The notes: a model not told the origin generated them from the sequence alone. Numbered from the stretch's first letter, positions 1 to 11,200 are shown. The stretch: 64,000 bases of DNA from Coriobacteriales bacterium (GCA_017515595.1 JAFWFL010000005.1:4516-68515); one strand, 5' to 3'. A program made the numbers and translations.

Positions 1-368
1 TGGATGCCGAGACACCCTCGCAAATCCAAGATGAACCTCAGGTGCTTACGCCGGCAAAAGCCGCCCGGTTGCTTGAGGCAGCAGGAGCCACCACAGTTGG
101 CTGCAACTGCATGCCAATTGACCTCTGCGTTAAGGCGATTGCTCAAATGCGCTCCGCCTGCGATCTCCCGCTTGCGGTAATACCCAATGCAGGAGAACCT
201 TCTTATGACAAAGAGGGCAATCTTGTATGGCCATCCTCCCCTGATGATTTTGCCCGGGCTTCGCTTGACCTTCTCAGAGCAGGCGCCACACTGATTGGCG
301 CATGTTGCGGAGCAGACCCTGCCTGCATCAGCGCAATCTATGCGGTTGTGGGCGGAGTACAACTCTAA
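1..368 (+). CDS. Homocysteine S-methyltransferase-domain protein, C-terminal part (5' end lies outside the window)
   Basis: The reading frame of ORF 42..368 stays open to the window edge. The Cys motifs GCNCMP and IGACCGADP resemble the Zn-binding cysteines of the Hcy S-methyltransferase fold. Confidence 0.55.
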   Translation, partial: DAETPSQIQDEPQVLTPAKAARLLEAAGATTVGCNCMPIDLCVKAIAQMRSACDLPLAVIPNAGEPSYDKEGNLVWPSSPDDFARASLDLLRAGATLIGACCGADPACISAIYAVVGGVQL

Positions 369-431
369 AACCGGCGCTTCAATTACTTAAATAACGTTTT
401 ACAGGTTAATACCAACGCAAGGGATGTTTTT

Positions 432-2045
432 ATGTCCAAAGATACATCAGATATCAGCAATGAAGCTGTCGCCGGCCAGGGCAAACCTTTTGATTTGAAC
501 AGTCCAACCGGCAACCCTTTGGGCGATGCACCGGTACCTCAGCTTTTGCTCAAATATGCCCCGCCCGCTATCCTCTCCATGATGATAACGGCGCTTTACA
601 ACATCATAGATACGTTTTTTGTTGGGCATGCGGTTGGACAAGACGGAATTGCGGCTACTACGGTAGCCTTCCCGCTCATGATGCTCATGAGCGCATTCTC
701 GGCTTGGTTTGGTGCGGGCGGTAACGCGCTTGCGGCTCTTAAACTGGGTGAAGGCAAAAAGCCCGAGGCCGAGCGCATCATGGGCAATTCGCTCTTTATG
801 CTTGTCGCAATACCCGGCACTATGTCAATCTTGGCACTCACGTTCCTTGACCCGCTTCTGACCTTCCTTGGCGCGACCGAGGCAAACCGCCACTGGTCAC
901 AGGACTTTTGCACGGTTATTTTGGCGGGCTTTGTCATACAGGCCGTTGGCGTGGGTATCTCGAATTTTGTGCGTACTGACGGCGCGCCAAATTACGCACT
1001 GTTGGTAAACCTCGTAGGCACTCTCGCAGCAGTATTCTTTAACTGGCTTTTGGTTATGGTATATGATTACAAAATGACCGGGAGCGCTTTTGCTACCATC
1101 CTGGGCCAGGCGGTTACCACACTCATGGTCCTCCAATACTTCTTATCAAAACGTTCCCACATGAAGTTCGCTCTTCGCAACTTTAAGCCTGTGTGGGCAA
1201 TTTTGTGTGCCATCGCGGCGCTGGGCCTCTCGACCTTTGCAGTACAGATGGCAGGCGCGTTTACATCGAGTATGCTCAATATCCAAATCAACAACCTCGC
1301 ATACTCAGATCCTATTGGCGCAGACGGAGGACTTGCGGTTATTGGTACGGTAAACAAGGTCATCCAGCTCTTGCTCTTTGTAACTCTGGGCTTTGCGATT
1401 GCCGTACAGCCAATTATTGGCTTTAACTACGGAGCACAAAGATATGTAAGGGTGCGCTCGGCGCTGTGGATAACGGTAGCAGCGGCTTCTTTGGTAAACC
1501 TTGTGCTTTGGATACTCTGCCACATCTTTATCAGTCCCATCATGGCTTTCTTCAACCTTGATGCAAGTCTCCACGGGTTTGCGGCCGAGGCATTCATGTT
1601 CATGACGTTTATGTTCCCCATTGTGCCTTTCCAAATAGTGTGCTCAAACTACTTCCAGGCAACAGGACAACCGCTCAAAGCCACAACCCTTACGCTTACG
1701 CGCCAGCTCATCTTCTATTTACCGAGCCTGTTCCTGGTTCCCCCGCTTTTTGCGAGTATTCTGGGCCGCTCCGAACTCATGTGCTTAACGGCAGCTCCGT
1801 CAGTCGCAGACTTTCTCGCCATTATCACCACAGGTATATTCATTATTATTGAGATGAAGCGTCTCGATAAACTAATTGCCCAGCATGAGGAGCGCGCACA
1901 GGGCCGCGACAGCTCATGGGCACAGGTGGGAGACAAAGTCCAAAGCAGCTTTGCGCATGGCCATGAATTAATAGAACAGCAGGCACACAATATGCCTGAA
2001 CCTTCTGATAATGACAATTCTGAAGATACTCAAAAGGAGTTTTAA
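432..2045 (+). CDS. MATE family efflux transporter with a hydrophilic C-terminal tail
   Basis: 537-aa polytopic ORF. The N-terminal PPAILSMMITALYNIIDTFFVGH segment is typical of MATE/MurJ-superfamily exporters, and about 12 hydrophobic segments are present. Confidence 0.8.
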   Translation: MSKDTSDISNEAVAGQGKPFDLNSPTGNPLGDAPVPQLLLKYAPPAILSMMITALYNIIDTFFVGHAVGQDGIAATTVAFPLMMLMSAFSAWFGAGGNALAALKLGEGKKPEAERIMGNSLFMLVAIPGTMSILALTFLDPLLTFLGATEANRHWSQDFCTVILAGFVIQAVGVGISNFVRTDGAPNYALLVNLVGTLAAVFFNWLLVMVYDYKMTGSAFATILGQAVTTLMVLQYFLSKRSHMKFALRNFKPVWAILCAIAALGLSTFAVQMAGAFTSSMLNIQINNLAYSDPIGADGGLAVIGTVNKVIQLLLFVTLGFAIAVQPIIGFNYGAQRYVRVRSALWITVAAASLVNLVLWILCHIFISPIMAFFNLDASLHGFAAEAFMFMTFMFPIVPFQIVCSNYFQATGQPLKATTLTLTRQLIFYLPSLFLVPPLFASILGRSELMCLTAAPSVADFLAIITTGIFIIIEMKRLDKLIAQHEERAQGRDSSWAQVGDKVQSSFAHGHELIEQQAHNMPEPSDNDNSEDTQKEF

Positions 2046-2047
2046 CT

Positions 2048-2254
2048 ATGTCCGCAGAAGATGATTTTGATTACCCTGAAACAGAAGATGACCAGGCACC
2101 CGAGGCTGATCCTTTTGAGGACGAACCTCGCAAACAACCATCTGTGCGTAATGACTTTGTTCGCTCAGAATCTGAAGACGATGTCGGTTATGACCCGTAC
2201 TCAGACCGTCCCGCCCGTCCCGAGCCGCTTTTTGAACGCGACCCCTGGAATTAA
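2048..2254 (+). CDS. Small, highly acidic hypothetical protein (68 aa)
   Basis: The start lies 2 nt after the MATE stop, with GGAG about 9 nt upstream. The composition is D/E/P-rich and low-complexity, and no family was recognised. Confidence 0.35.
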   Translation: MSAEDDFDYPETEDDQAPEADPFEDEPRKQPSVRNDFVRSESEDDVGYDPYSDRPARPEPLFERDPWN

Positions 2255-2280
2255 CCATATCAGAAGGAGTGTGCCAAAGA

Positions 2281-2407
2281 GGAATGCAAGTTTTGACGAG
2301 CGCTAGCATGATCAAAGCTTCAAGGATTTAAAATACCTGGGCTTTTGCCGAGAAACCCTTGAGAATTTGCTTATTGTCATGCTAGCACTCGTCAAAACTT
2401 GCATTCC
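2281..2407. mobile_element. MITE-like element, copy A (127 bp, 31-bp terminal inverted repeats)
   Basis: GGAATGCAAGTTTTGACGAGCGCTAGCATGA at 2281..2311 is the reverse complement, with 1 mismatch, of 2377..2407. The internal core TACCTGGGCTTTTGCCGAGAAACCC is shared, in inverted orientation, with the copy at 27368..27491. Confidence 0.7.
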
Positions 2408-2497
2408 ATAAAAATAAGACAGGGGACAAGCCCTGTCTTATTTACTTTTGTGGATTATCATAAGATAGGGGACATGCCCCTGCCTTATGCATTGAGA

Positions 2498-4201
2498 TTA
2501 CCAGAGGTCAGGAGCCTTGGCGGCAGTCTCGGGAACCTCCCACTGGCAGTTGCCGTTGGCGTCGACAAAGACATCGCGTACATCATCAAACTTTGCAGGA
2601 TTGGTGGGAGCCTCGAGGCCAAGTGCATCGAGAACGGTGTAACGGCCGGCTGAGATGCAGTGTGAGTTCGAACAACCGCCGGGCATGCTCCAGTTAATAC
2701 CACCGCAGATGTTGTCGGCGCAAACACCGGCACCATAGAGATGAGGAATAACGTTGCCCTGAGCGTCAACTGCCTGATACTTGTCATTGGTGGTAAAGCC
2801 GGCGTTAATGGCTGCAAGACCAAGGACGTCCTTAATGCAGTAGAACGGAGCAGTTTCAATCTTGCGAAGCTTTGCGCCTGCTACGCCAAAGTCGTTATCT
2901 GCACCTTCATCGCACAGCTGGTTGTAACGGTCAATTGACTCCTTGGCTGCCTCATAGGGGATGCCAACCTCTTCGCACAGAGCCTCGAGCGTGTCGGCAC
3001 GATGCATAACATGATGGAAGTCATAAATGGTAATAGGCCTGTCCTCATCAATGCAGCTGTCGAGCATAGCCTTGGGAGGAACGGGCATAAAGTCAGCGTA
3101 CTTCTCGGGGTAGTCGGCATCAAAGAAACGATAAAGAATGGTGTTCTCGCCTTGCGGATAATGATACGACGCTACCGTGTTCCAGCTGGTCATGTATACG
3201 TCCTCGTTCATGAAGCGTTTGCCCTGAGGATCAAGAGCAATGAGCGGAGCCTTCATAAAGAACGGGATAACGCCGTGTACCTGGTGCGGATGGCACGGCG
3301 GAACCATGCGGGCGCCTGCGAGAATACCAAGGATTTGGCCGTCGCCGGTGCGGTTCTTCTGCAGCATGAAGTAACGTCCCGCAAGATCACGTGAATAGTG
3401 ATCCATCATGGCGTCGTTGTTCATGTAGTCGCCGGCGGCGAGAATAACGGCCTTCTCGGCATTGAGCTTAATGTAACTGCCGTCGGGCTGCTTACCAATA
3501 ACACCGGTAACCGTGCCGTCCTCAGCCTGGACAAGCTGGACAGCCGGGGTGCTGTAGTGGAATACAGCGCCCTTGCTCTCGGCAAGATCAGCCAATGCCA
3601 ACATAATTACCTGGTTACCCACGGTACTGCTGATTTCAAAAATAGCTGCGGTCTGGCCGTCCTCATACACAACGGTGCCGCTCGTCTTGCCGGTAATGGT
3701 ATCGGCAACACCGGCCTCGCGTGCCTTCTCAACAATCCAGCTGATGGTTTCTTCTGAATGCTCAATGTGGAACCTAAAGAGGTCACGGTTGATGCGCCAG
3801 CCATCGCCCTTTGCGAAGTCTTCCATCCAGCGGTAAACGCCGGCCATAGTAGAAGCGTCTTTCTTGATGGCGCTCTCGCCGTAGCCGTTAGCTGCAACAA
3901 TCTCTTCCTTTTGGAGGCAACCGACTGTCGCGCCTTCCTCAATAGCGGTCAGGATGGCAGGAACACCGGCGACACCAGCACCTACAACAACAATGTCATA
4001 GGTTTCCTCGGCTGCGAACTCGGTAATGGGTTCAAGTTCAACACAGCTGGCCTTAACGTCATCCTCAGTGAGGTCATTGGGAAGCTTAAAAGCTGCGGGA
4101 GCCTCGTCTGCAAGCGCAACGCCGCTCAAACCGGCCAATGCTGCGCCTCCTGCTACCAAAGCGCTACCCTGAACAAATGACCTACGATCCATATTAGCCA
4201 T
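2498..4201 (-). CDS. Tat-exported FAD-dependent oxidoreductase (fumarate reductase/flavocytochrome-like flavoprotein)
   Basis: The twin-arginine leader is MANMDRRSFVQGSALVAGGAALAG, and the dinucleotide-binding motif is YDIVVVGAGVAGV. It is a paralog of 36069..37805, sharing AVILAAGDY and GKRFMNE. Confidence 0.8.
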   Translation of the reverse strand: MANMDRRSFVQGSALVAGGAALAGLSGVALADEAPAAFKLPNDLTEDDVKASCVELEPITEFAAEETYDIVVVGAGVAGVPAILTAIEEGATVGCLQKEEIVAANGYGESAIKKDASTMAGVYRWMEDFAKGDGWRINRDLFRFHIEHSEETISWIVEKAREAGVADTITGKTSGTVVYEDGQTAAIFEISSTVGNQVIMLALADLAESKGAVFHYSTPAVQLVQAEDGTVTGVIGKQPDGSYIKLNAEKAVILAAGDYMNNDAMMDHYSRDLAGRYFMLQKNRTGDGQILGILAGARMVPPCHPHQVHGVIPFFMKAPLIALDPQGKRFMNEDVYMTSWNTVASYHYPQGENTILYRFFDADYPEKYADFMPVPPKAMLDSCIDEDRPITIYDFHHVMHRADTLEALCEEVGIPYEAAKESIDRYNQLCDEGADNDFGVAGAKLRKIETAPFYCIKDVLGLAAINAGFTTNDKYQAVDAQGNVIPHLYGAGVCADNICGGINWSMPGGCSNSHCISAGRYTVLDALGLEAPTNPAKFDDVRDVFVDANGNCQWEVPETAAKAPDLW

Positions 4202-4512
4202 GGTTCCCCCTTTACTTGGAAAATCCTATACATACCGCTTTGATGCGGTAAACTGCTCGCTTTTTGTGTACCGCGAACAAAGCGTATCATACATCTGCTG
4301 AGCAAATTGGTTATAGTCCTCAGAGTATGAATTGGGTATTATTTACACAGACAAATCTAAACTGAATCCCCCGCAGCGTACTACGCATTTTTTATACTCC
4401 CTGTTTTACGGCTCTTATTTATTGTGTAAAATAGATACGATTTATCTCACTCAGCAATGAGTCACGAGGACGATACTCTTGACTCATAGTAACCCATAAA
4501 GGAGCGATATTT

Positions 4513-5109
4513 ATGCGAAAGAACACCGTATCTCAGAGCATACTTCCTGTTCACACTACTGGAGCAATGAAGCTCATAATGGCTTTCTTGGTTGGCGCAG
4601 CGCTTGTATGTGCATGTTTATACGGTGCGAACACGGCATATGCAGGCCCGTTTTCTATGAGTGATGCTGATGCCGCTACAGAGGAGTCAAACAGCGATCT
4701 TCTCGCGCTTGCGAATCCTGATTCAGAAGCTGCACAACAAGCACGCGCCAATGCCCAAAAGAGCGACTTTGAAAAAGCAAAGTGGCAACTGGATGATATC
4801 AATATTATTGGCGTTGACAATGCAACACTCCAGGAAGCTAAAGCCTATGTCAAGCTTTTGGGTCTTGGAGACATGCTGGAATTTAACAATGACGGCAGCC
4901 TGACCACCACGTTTACCGGACTAAACGGCACATCCAAAGACTTTAAAGGCACTTGGACTCTAACGTCCTCAAAAACCGCGGATATTCTCTTCTCGAATGC
5001 GCTGCTTGATCTCAAACTCAAGGCGTCAATCTCAAACAATAAACTCATCATAAGAGCCCCCGAGAACCTGGGACTATTTGTCCAGCTCATATATGCGCCC
5101 GTAAAGTAA
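4513..5109 (+). CDS. Secreted hypothetical protein (198 aa)
   Basis: AAAGGAG lies upstream and there is an N-terminal hydrophobic signal-like segment. No family was recognised. Confidence 0.45.
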   Translation: MRKNTVSQSILPVHTTGAMKLIMAFLVGAALVCACLYGANTAYAGPFSMSDADAATEESNSDLLALANPDSEAAQQARANAQKSDFEKAKWQLDDINIIGVDNATLQEAKAYVKLLGLGDMLEFNNDGSLTTTFTGLNGTSKDFKGTWTLTSSKTADILFSNALLDLKLKASISNNKLIIRAPENLGLFVQLIYAPVK

Positions 5110-5179
5110 CAATCTGGATTTTCACCTTCCTCTTGAGGGGAAGGTGGCTCGCAGGACCAGATGAGGCAGGAGCTTCTTG

Positions 5180-5686
5180 TTACCTTCCCAAGTACTGACA
5201 GAGGCGGTTGAAGTGGAGAAACTCGCCGCGGTTATTGATTTCGCATATTTCTTTCCAGGTTGCGAGTTTAAAATCAATTGCCTCTGATTGCTGTAGTGTA
5301 ATGTCCTGCTCAGAGAAATCGAACCTGATATGGTAGATGTCTACCATATAGTTGTCTCCTCGGGCAAGATCAACATTTTCATAGCTGTAAACAGGCTCCA
5401 AATCCATGCCGGTTATATTAAGACCGGTTTCCTCGCCCACCTCACGTTTAACAGCATCGAGCGGGGTTTCTCCGCTGAGCACACCGCCGCCGGTTACCTC
5501 CCACCAGCCGCCGGCCCAATGTTTATCATGTGAACGCTGCGTTATAAGAAACTTACCGTCAAGGTTCTCAAGAATCGCAAGTACATAGAGCATATACTGA
5601 CCCTCTTTGAGAAAAGCTCCTTCCCGGGGGATGGTTTCTCCGGTACGTTTACGGTCACGGGTATAGATGTCAATAAGCTCTTCCAT
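5180..5686 (-). CDS. NUDIX hydrolase
   Basis: The Nudix box GGGVLSGETPLDAVKREVGEETGL matches GX5EX7REUXEEXGU. Confidence 0.85.
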   Translation of the reverse strand: MEELIDIYTRDRKRTGETIPREGAFLKEGQYMLYVLAILENLDGKFLITQRSHDKHWAGGWWEVTGGGVLSGETPLDAVKREVGEETGLNITGMDLEPVYSYENVDLARGDNYMVDIYHIRFDFSEQDITLQQSEAIDFKLATWKEICEINNRGEFLHFNRLCQYLGR

Positions 5687-5874
5687 TGGCAGGTTTTCTC
5701 CTTGGTTCGTTTGCAGCGGACATTCCTTATGTGCCTATGGTATAACATCATGAATGTCAAACAAAAGAACAAGCAGCTTTTGATGCAAAACCGACAAAGC
5801 TGCTCAGGAACAGTACATTTGTGGTAAAATAACTCATTGGTTATGACCTGAGCAACAGAAAGAAGGTTTTATTT

Positions 5875-6081
5875 ATGGAGCATGTAGAGATTAAAGTTGA
5901 AGGTATGCGCTGCCCCTCATGCGAGAAACTCGTTGTAGCATCACTCGTAGATCTTGGTGCCGAAAGCGCCACGGCAGACCATATTGCCAAAACGGTAACC
6001 TATGACGCAGACCCAGCACTCGTAACCCCCGAGGCCGTAGCTGCAGCTATTGCTGATTGTGGCTTTAAAGTTGTCGCATAA
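5875..6081 (+). CDS. Heavy-metal-associated (CopZ-like) domain protein
   Basis: The protein is 68 aa and carries GMRCPSCE, an MxCxxC metal-binding motif, in the HMA ferredoxin-like size range. Confidence 0.8.
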   Translation: MEHVEIKVEGMRCPSCEKLVVASLVDLGAESATADHIAKTVTYDADPALVTPEAVAAAIADCGFKVVA

Positions 6082-6107
6082 ATACATTTTGAACCTTTTG
6101 GTTACTA

Positions 6108-6145
6108 AGCGGACGGGCGGTTTGTTGCTAAACCACCCGTCCGCT
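6108..6145. terminator. Bidirectional hairpin between convergent genes
   Basis: AGCGGACGGGCGG, a 12-nt loop, then CCACCCGTCCGCT followed by TT. It lies between the stop of 5875..6081 (+) and the stop of the LuxR gene (-). Confidence 0.6.
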
Positions 6146-6169
6146 TTATGTCTCGCAGTAACCGCGATG

Positions 6170-7825
6170 CTATTGCTTCTGTGACAGGCGCGTATCAACC
6201 ATATCGAGAAGGGCCTGTCGGTTATGAACGCCAAGCTTTTGATAGATATGGCGGGTATGCGTACTCGCCGTACCCTGGGAAATATGGAGCTCTTCCTGCA
6301 TGCGTGCAAGCGTTCTGCCACGCAAAATAAGCGGCAAAACCTCTGATTCACGGGCAGTAAGCCCGTATTCCTCCGCAAGTTCGGCTGCTATCTTTTCGAG
6401 CGGATCTGCAACAGAAGCCGCAGAACCGCTCACGGTTACCTCGTCATAATTTGGTTCGGTAAGATTACCGTTCCCGGCTGCTATGACGGTATCATCAATG
6501 ATCTCTCCGGGCAAGAATAAAACTTCTTCTTCGTCTTCGTCGGTCATCTCGCCTATGCCTGTTTCTATAAGGTCTTCTTCAGTAAACAGGAAAGACGTGG
6601 TGATAAGTGTTACGGCACATATTACAAATGCCATAACGGGCAAGCTGGCAACGGTCACGCCTAAAACCTCGGTAAGCACAACGCACAAAAGAGATCCCAG
6701 CAGCTCTCCCAAATAAAGTGCAAAAAAGGAAAATCCAAATGTCTTGGTTGCGCGCTGGTCAAAATAATTGCTCACGTCAATGCAGATACCACAAAGCATT
6801 ATAACAAAGCCGCCTTCATAGGCGCCCCAGTACACAACCTCAGAAAGTCCCGGTATCTGCACAAGAAAAATAGTGAGCAAGCAACCCAGCATTAAGAGTA
6901 CAAACACAATGCGCCGGGCATCAGTCATAAACGATGTAGTCCTTGACAGTGCCATAAGCGCAATAACACTCGAAACCACCGCGAGACTGACAGCTAAATA
7001 CGTCTCATAATGATCAGGCACCGGCACATAGTTAAAACCGGCCAAAACATCCAAAAAGCCCGCAACCAAACCCAGTATTCCACAAGCAACAAGACCGCGA
7101 ATAAACATAAGACGGGTACGCCGCTTGAGTTTGTGATCGCGTTTTGGCTGAGGACGCTCGGGTCTGATAAAAGCGCTCATGCGCAAGAGGACAGCAGAAA
7201 CAGCAGCCAAAAGCAACGTAAATATAAGGGCTACTATGGGGTGCATAACAGAAAGCACAATATTCATAACGGCAGCCGCTACTGATGCCAGCGCCATCTC
7301 GAACATTGCCGGGCGCGGGCCTACATCTGCATAGAGCCTGCACCAGCCCAAAAAGAGCACGCCGGATGAAGCTCCCGTAAAAATCGCACTTAAAAGCGTA
7401 ATCACAAAGCCAAACAGCGTTGATGTATCTGCAAGGGGTAGTATCGCTGTTGAGATAACCATGACCGAACCGCAAAGTATGACCACACGTTTTGAGAGTA
7501 CTTGTTTGTCGGCCCGCCGGAATATAAGCGGTACAGACACAAGCGTTATCGCAAGTACGCCAAGAGAAACCAGCATGTTCACATAAAGCGTCTGGCGCAT
7601 ATCCTGAGCGCCCACCAATAAAAACGTGTTGTAAAACGTTGCGAGCATCCATGCCAAATATGCCGAGAAACCCGCCCAGCGCAGCGGGTTAAAACGCTCT
7701 TTGAGTTGTTCCAAAAGAGATGTTTTTGTAAGAGCTGCTTCATGATGGGCTTCTTTTTGTGCAACATCATCCAAAGGCTCGTTCTTTACCCTGGCATCAT
7801 GTTCCACATGTACTGTTTCCATCAT
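6170..7825 (-). CDS. Polytopic-membrane LuxR-family transcriptional regulator
   Basis: The C-terminal LuxR HTH is LTARESEVLPLILRGRTLARMQEELHISQGTASTHTRHIYQKLGV, preceded by about 10 hydrophobic segments. The start was moved to MMETV (7825) because GGAGGG lies just upstream. Confidence 0.8.
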   Translation of the reverse strand: MMETVHVEHDARVKNEPLDDVAQKEAHHEAALTKTSLLEQLKERFNPLRWAGFSAYLAWMLATFYNTFLLVGAQDMRQTLYVNMLVSLGVLAITLVSVPLIFRRADKQVLSKRVVILCGSVMVISTAILPLADTSTLFGFVITLLSAIFTGASSGVLFLGWCRLYADVGPRPAMFEMALASVAAAVMNIVLSVMHPIVALIFTLLLAAVSAVLLRMSAFIRPERPQPKRDHKLKRRTRLMFIRGLVACGILGLVAGFLDVLAGFNYVPVPDHYETYLAVSLAVVSSVIALMALSRTTSFMTDARRIVFVLLMLGCLLTIFLVQIPGLSEVVYWGAYEGGFVIMLCGICIDVSNYFDQRATKTFGFSFFALYLGELLGSLLCVVLTEVLGVTVASLPVMAFVICAVTLITTSFLFTEEDLIETGIGEMTDEDEEEVLFLPGEIIDDTVIAAGNGNLTEPNYDEVTVSGSAASVADPLEKIAAELAEEYGLTARESEVLPLILRGRTLARMQEELHISQGTASTHTRHIYQKLGVHNRQALLDMVDTRLSQKQ

Positions 7826-8267
7826 TCGTCCCTCCAAAAAGGTATGTATGAACATCAATTATAAGCGAACCGTCAGCTTCTGACAGGCATATCGGTCATA
7901 TATTTGAATATTATATGAAGCAAAATGACTGTTTATGACATCTCTTTTCTCACGTATATCAGAAGAATGCATGATTTTGTAATTCTGCTGTTTACCTTTG
8001 TCTTTATGATCATAATCATAGATATTTATGATGCGTTTCCTGCAGTTTTACCATTCACTTCACACACGTATAAGACCGGCTTTTGTCTCAAATCAGGAAT
8101 ACAGGCGATGTGGCAAAGAGTCGTTTTGCCCATTATTCGTCTCAGCTTGCAACAAACAAACGGTTTACCGCATTCACGGACAGAGAGAATCCCGAGAGGT
8201 AAACACAAAAACGTTTGCAGAAGGTACAGCTGAGAGAATATATAAGATTCAACAGAAGGGAGAGGGA

Positions 8268-11200
8268 ATGGGTCAGCTCAATCTCACACGCCGCGGCTTT
8301 GTAAAGGCAGCCGCCGTGACAGCAGCTGCCGCAGCGTTCGCTGCCAATGTCCCCCGGGCGTTGGCATTCGACGCCTCAACCGTAGGAGAAACTGCTTGCC
8401 AGATCCTCGGTAGCGACACCGTAACCGTTAAAACTTGCTGCCGTGGTTGCGGCAAGATGGAGTGCGGTGTTAAGGTTATTGTAAAAGACGGCCGTGCGAT
8501 TCGTGTTGAAGGCGACGAGGGTGCTTTCCAGTCAATGGGTAACTGCTGCACCAAGAGCCAGTCATCAATCCAGGCAGCTTATCACCCGGATCGTCTCATG
8601 TACCCGCTCAAGCGTACCAATCCCAAGGGCGACAATGATCCGGGTTGGGTCCGCATCAGCTGGGACGAAGCAATCGCAACCGTTTGCGACAAGATGGTTG
8701 AGATTCAGCAGCAGTACGGCGGCGAGGCAATCGCTCTTGCCGTAGGCACCTCACGTGTATGGTGCATGCATTCAGAGTCATGCTTAAAGGCGCTTTTCCA
8801 AACACCAAACAACCTCGAAGCATGGCAAATCTGCAAAGGCCCGCGTCACTTTGCAACCGAAATGACCTCAACCTTCTCGATGAGCTGGATGGAAACCGTA
8901 GACCGTCCGCGTGTTTATGTACAATGGGGCGGCGCTTCCGAAATTTCAAACTACGACGACTCCTGCCGTACCACCGTTGACGCAGCAACCCGCGCTGATG
9001 TACACATTTCTGTTGACCCACGTATGGCCAACATGGGCAAAGAGGCTGATTACTGGCAGCATCTGCGCACCGGTACCGACGGTGCTCTTGCATTGAGCTG
9101 GATGAACGTCATTATTGAGAACAACCTCATTGACGAGCTGTATGTAAAGAAGTGGACAAACGCTCCGTTCCTTGTATGCGATGACATTGAGCCCAGCGGA
9201 TTCCCCGCACGTCGTAACGACGGCACCTACTATGACGTTAAGACCCGTCTTCTTAAAGAGAGCGACGTTGTAGAAGGCGGCAGCCCTTATAAGTTCTTTG
9301 TGTATGACAATAACTGGGAAAAGCTTGCCGCTGAGGGTATTGAGCATCAGTATGGCGAATTCACCTGGTTCAACGCAGACCAGGAAAGCGTTATTGACAA
9401 TACCGGCGGCTTCTGGGAGGCAGAGAACTACGACTCCCGCAAAGCTCGCGAAGGCCGTGAGGCTACCCAGCCCAACCTTCTGAAGGGCCAGATTCAGGGA
9501 CATTTGCCTGACCCCATGGGCTTTGACCCAGCAATTGATCCTGCTCTTCGCGGTGAGTTTACCATTAAACTCAAGGACGGCAAAGAGCACAAGGTTCGCC
9601 CCGTTTACGACGTTATGGCCGAGAAGTGCGCCGAGTATGCCCCCGAGATTGCCGAAGGCATCACCGGCATTCCTGCTGCTGAGATCGAAGCTGCCGCTAA
9701 AGCATATGCTACCCGCATTGATCCTGAAAGCGGTTACGGCAACGGCGGTATTCAGTACATGCTCGCTATTGAGCATGCCTGCAACGCCGTACAAAACAGC
9801 CGCTGCTGCGACGCCATTGTTGCTCTTACCGGCAACATTGACACCCCCGGTGGCAACCGTTCCACCACCATTGTTCCCATTGACGGCGACCTCCAGGGCT
9901 TCTCGGCATGGGTACCCGGCGCTTCATTGCCTCCTCGCGAGGTCAACGAGAAGCAGCTTGGTATGGAGAAGATGCCGCTGCTTGACTGGTGGGGTTACTG
10001 GTGCGATATGAACGCAACGTTCACCGCTATGCTTACCAGCGATCCGTACCCCGTACGTGCTCTCTGGAACGAGTCGGGCAACTTCATGTGTGCCTGCAAC
10101 AGCACCTTTGCTTGGGAAGCACTCAACAGTCTCGACTTTATGGTTGACCTTAACCTCTGGCATGCTCCTTCAACCGACGCAGCAGACATTCTGCTTCCGG
10201 TTGCTCACTGGATCGAGCTTAGCAGCCCGCGTGCCTCCCAGGGTTCCGCTGGCGCCATGGGCGCTACGGTTAAGTGCGTTGAGCCTCCTGCAGAGGCCCG
10301 CTATGACCCGGAGATTGTTATGGACGTCTACAAGTACATGGGTGTTCCGTGGAACGATGATCCGGACAACATGTGGCCTGACATCAACTGGCAGCTTGCT
10401 GACGCCATTAAGCTCTATTCTGATGAAGAGTACATGAAGCACTACTACAAGGTTGAGAACGGTCAGATTGTTGAGGACGAAATCATTGGTAAGCCGTTCG
10501 CCGAGCTCGAGCCCAAGTACAAGACCTGGGCTGAGTACATCCAGGCCTTTGAGGAGCACGGCTGGTGGCAGGCCAAGGAGATCGAGCCCGAGATGTGGGG
10601 CACCTACCGCCGTTACCAAACCGGTGGTTTCCGTGGCCGCGACATTGTGTGGGCACGCCTCGACTCTACCTGTGGTATCCCCGGCGTTGCTGACTGGAAG
10701 CCCGGCTTCTTCACCCCAACCATGAAGCACGAGCTTTGGTCAACCATCGTCGAGTCTTATATGCCCGACCGCGAGGACCTCTGGCTCCCCAGCTGGAAAG
10801 AACCGCCTCACGGCCCCGTTGCTGATCCCGAGCGTGCCAAGGAATACCCGCTCACCGCTACAACCGGCCGCCGTATCCCCGTGTACTTCCACTCCGAGCA
10901 CCGTCAGCTTCCGTGGTGCCGCGAGCAATGGCCCGTACCTCGCATTGAGATTAACCCCATCACTGCCGAGAAGTACGGCATTGAGCAGGGCGACTGGGTT
11001 TGGATTGAGACCGAGTGGGGCAAGATTCGCGAGTGCGCAGACCTCTATTTTGGTGTTGATCAAAACACCGTTAACCTCGAGCACACCTGGTGGTATCCTG
11101 AGGTACAGGACGCCGGCCACGGCTTCCAGCTCTCTGCTGTTAACCAGCTCATTGACAAGGACGCACAAGACCCCATCTCTGGTTCTTCGAACCTCCGTGC

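Noticed and set aside
5941-6378. ORFs spanning the CopZ/LuxR intergenic terminator (5941..6378 on the - strand, 6148..6330 on the + strand)
   Set aside because: They overlap well-supported genes and the terminator hairpin, and they show no motifs or RBS.
8004-8015. The perfect 12-bp palindrome TTATGATCATAA in the LuxR/molybdoenzyme divergent promoter, as a specific operator
   Set aside because: It is short and AT-rich in an AT-rich region, so chance occurrence is plausible. It was not elevated to a finding without comparative support.
8028-8267. An 80-aa N-terminal extension of the molybdoenzyme, as given in the ORF track
   Set aside because: A twin-arginine leader must be N-terminal. The ATG at 8268 has a strong purine-rich RBS and is followed immediately by the RRGFVK Tat motif. 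The upstream part is AT-rich promoter-like DNA.
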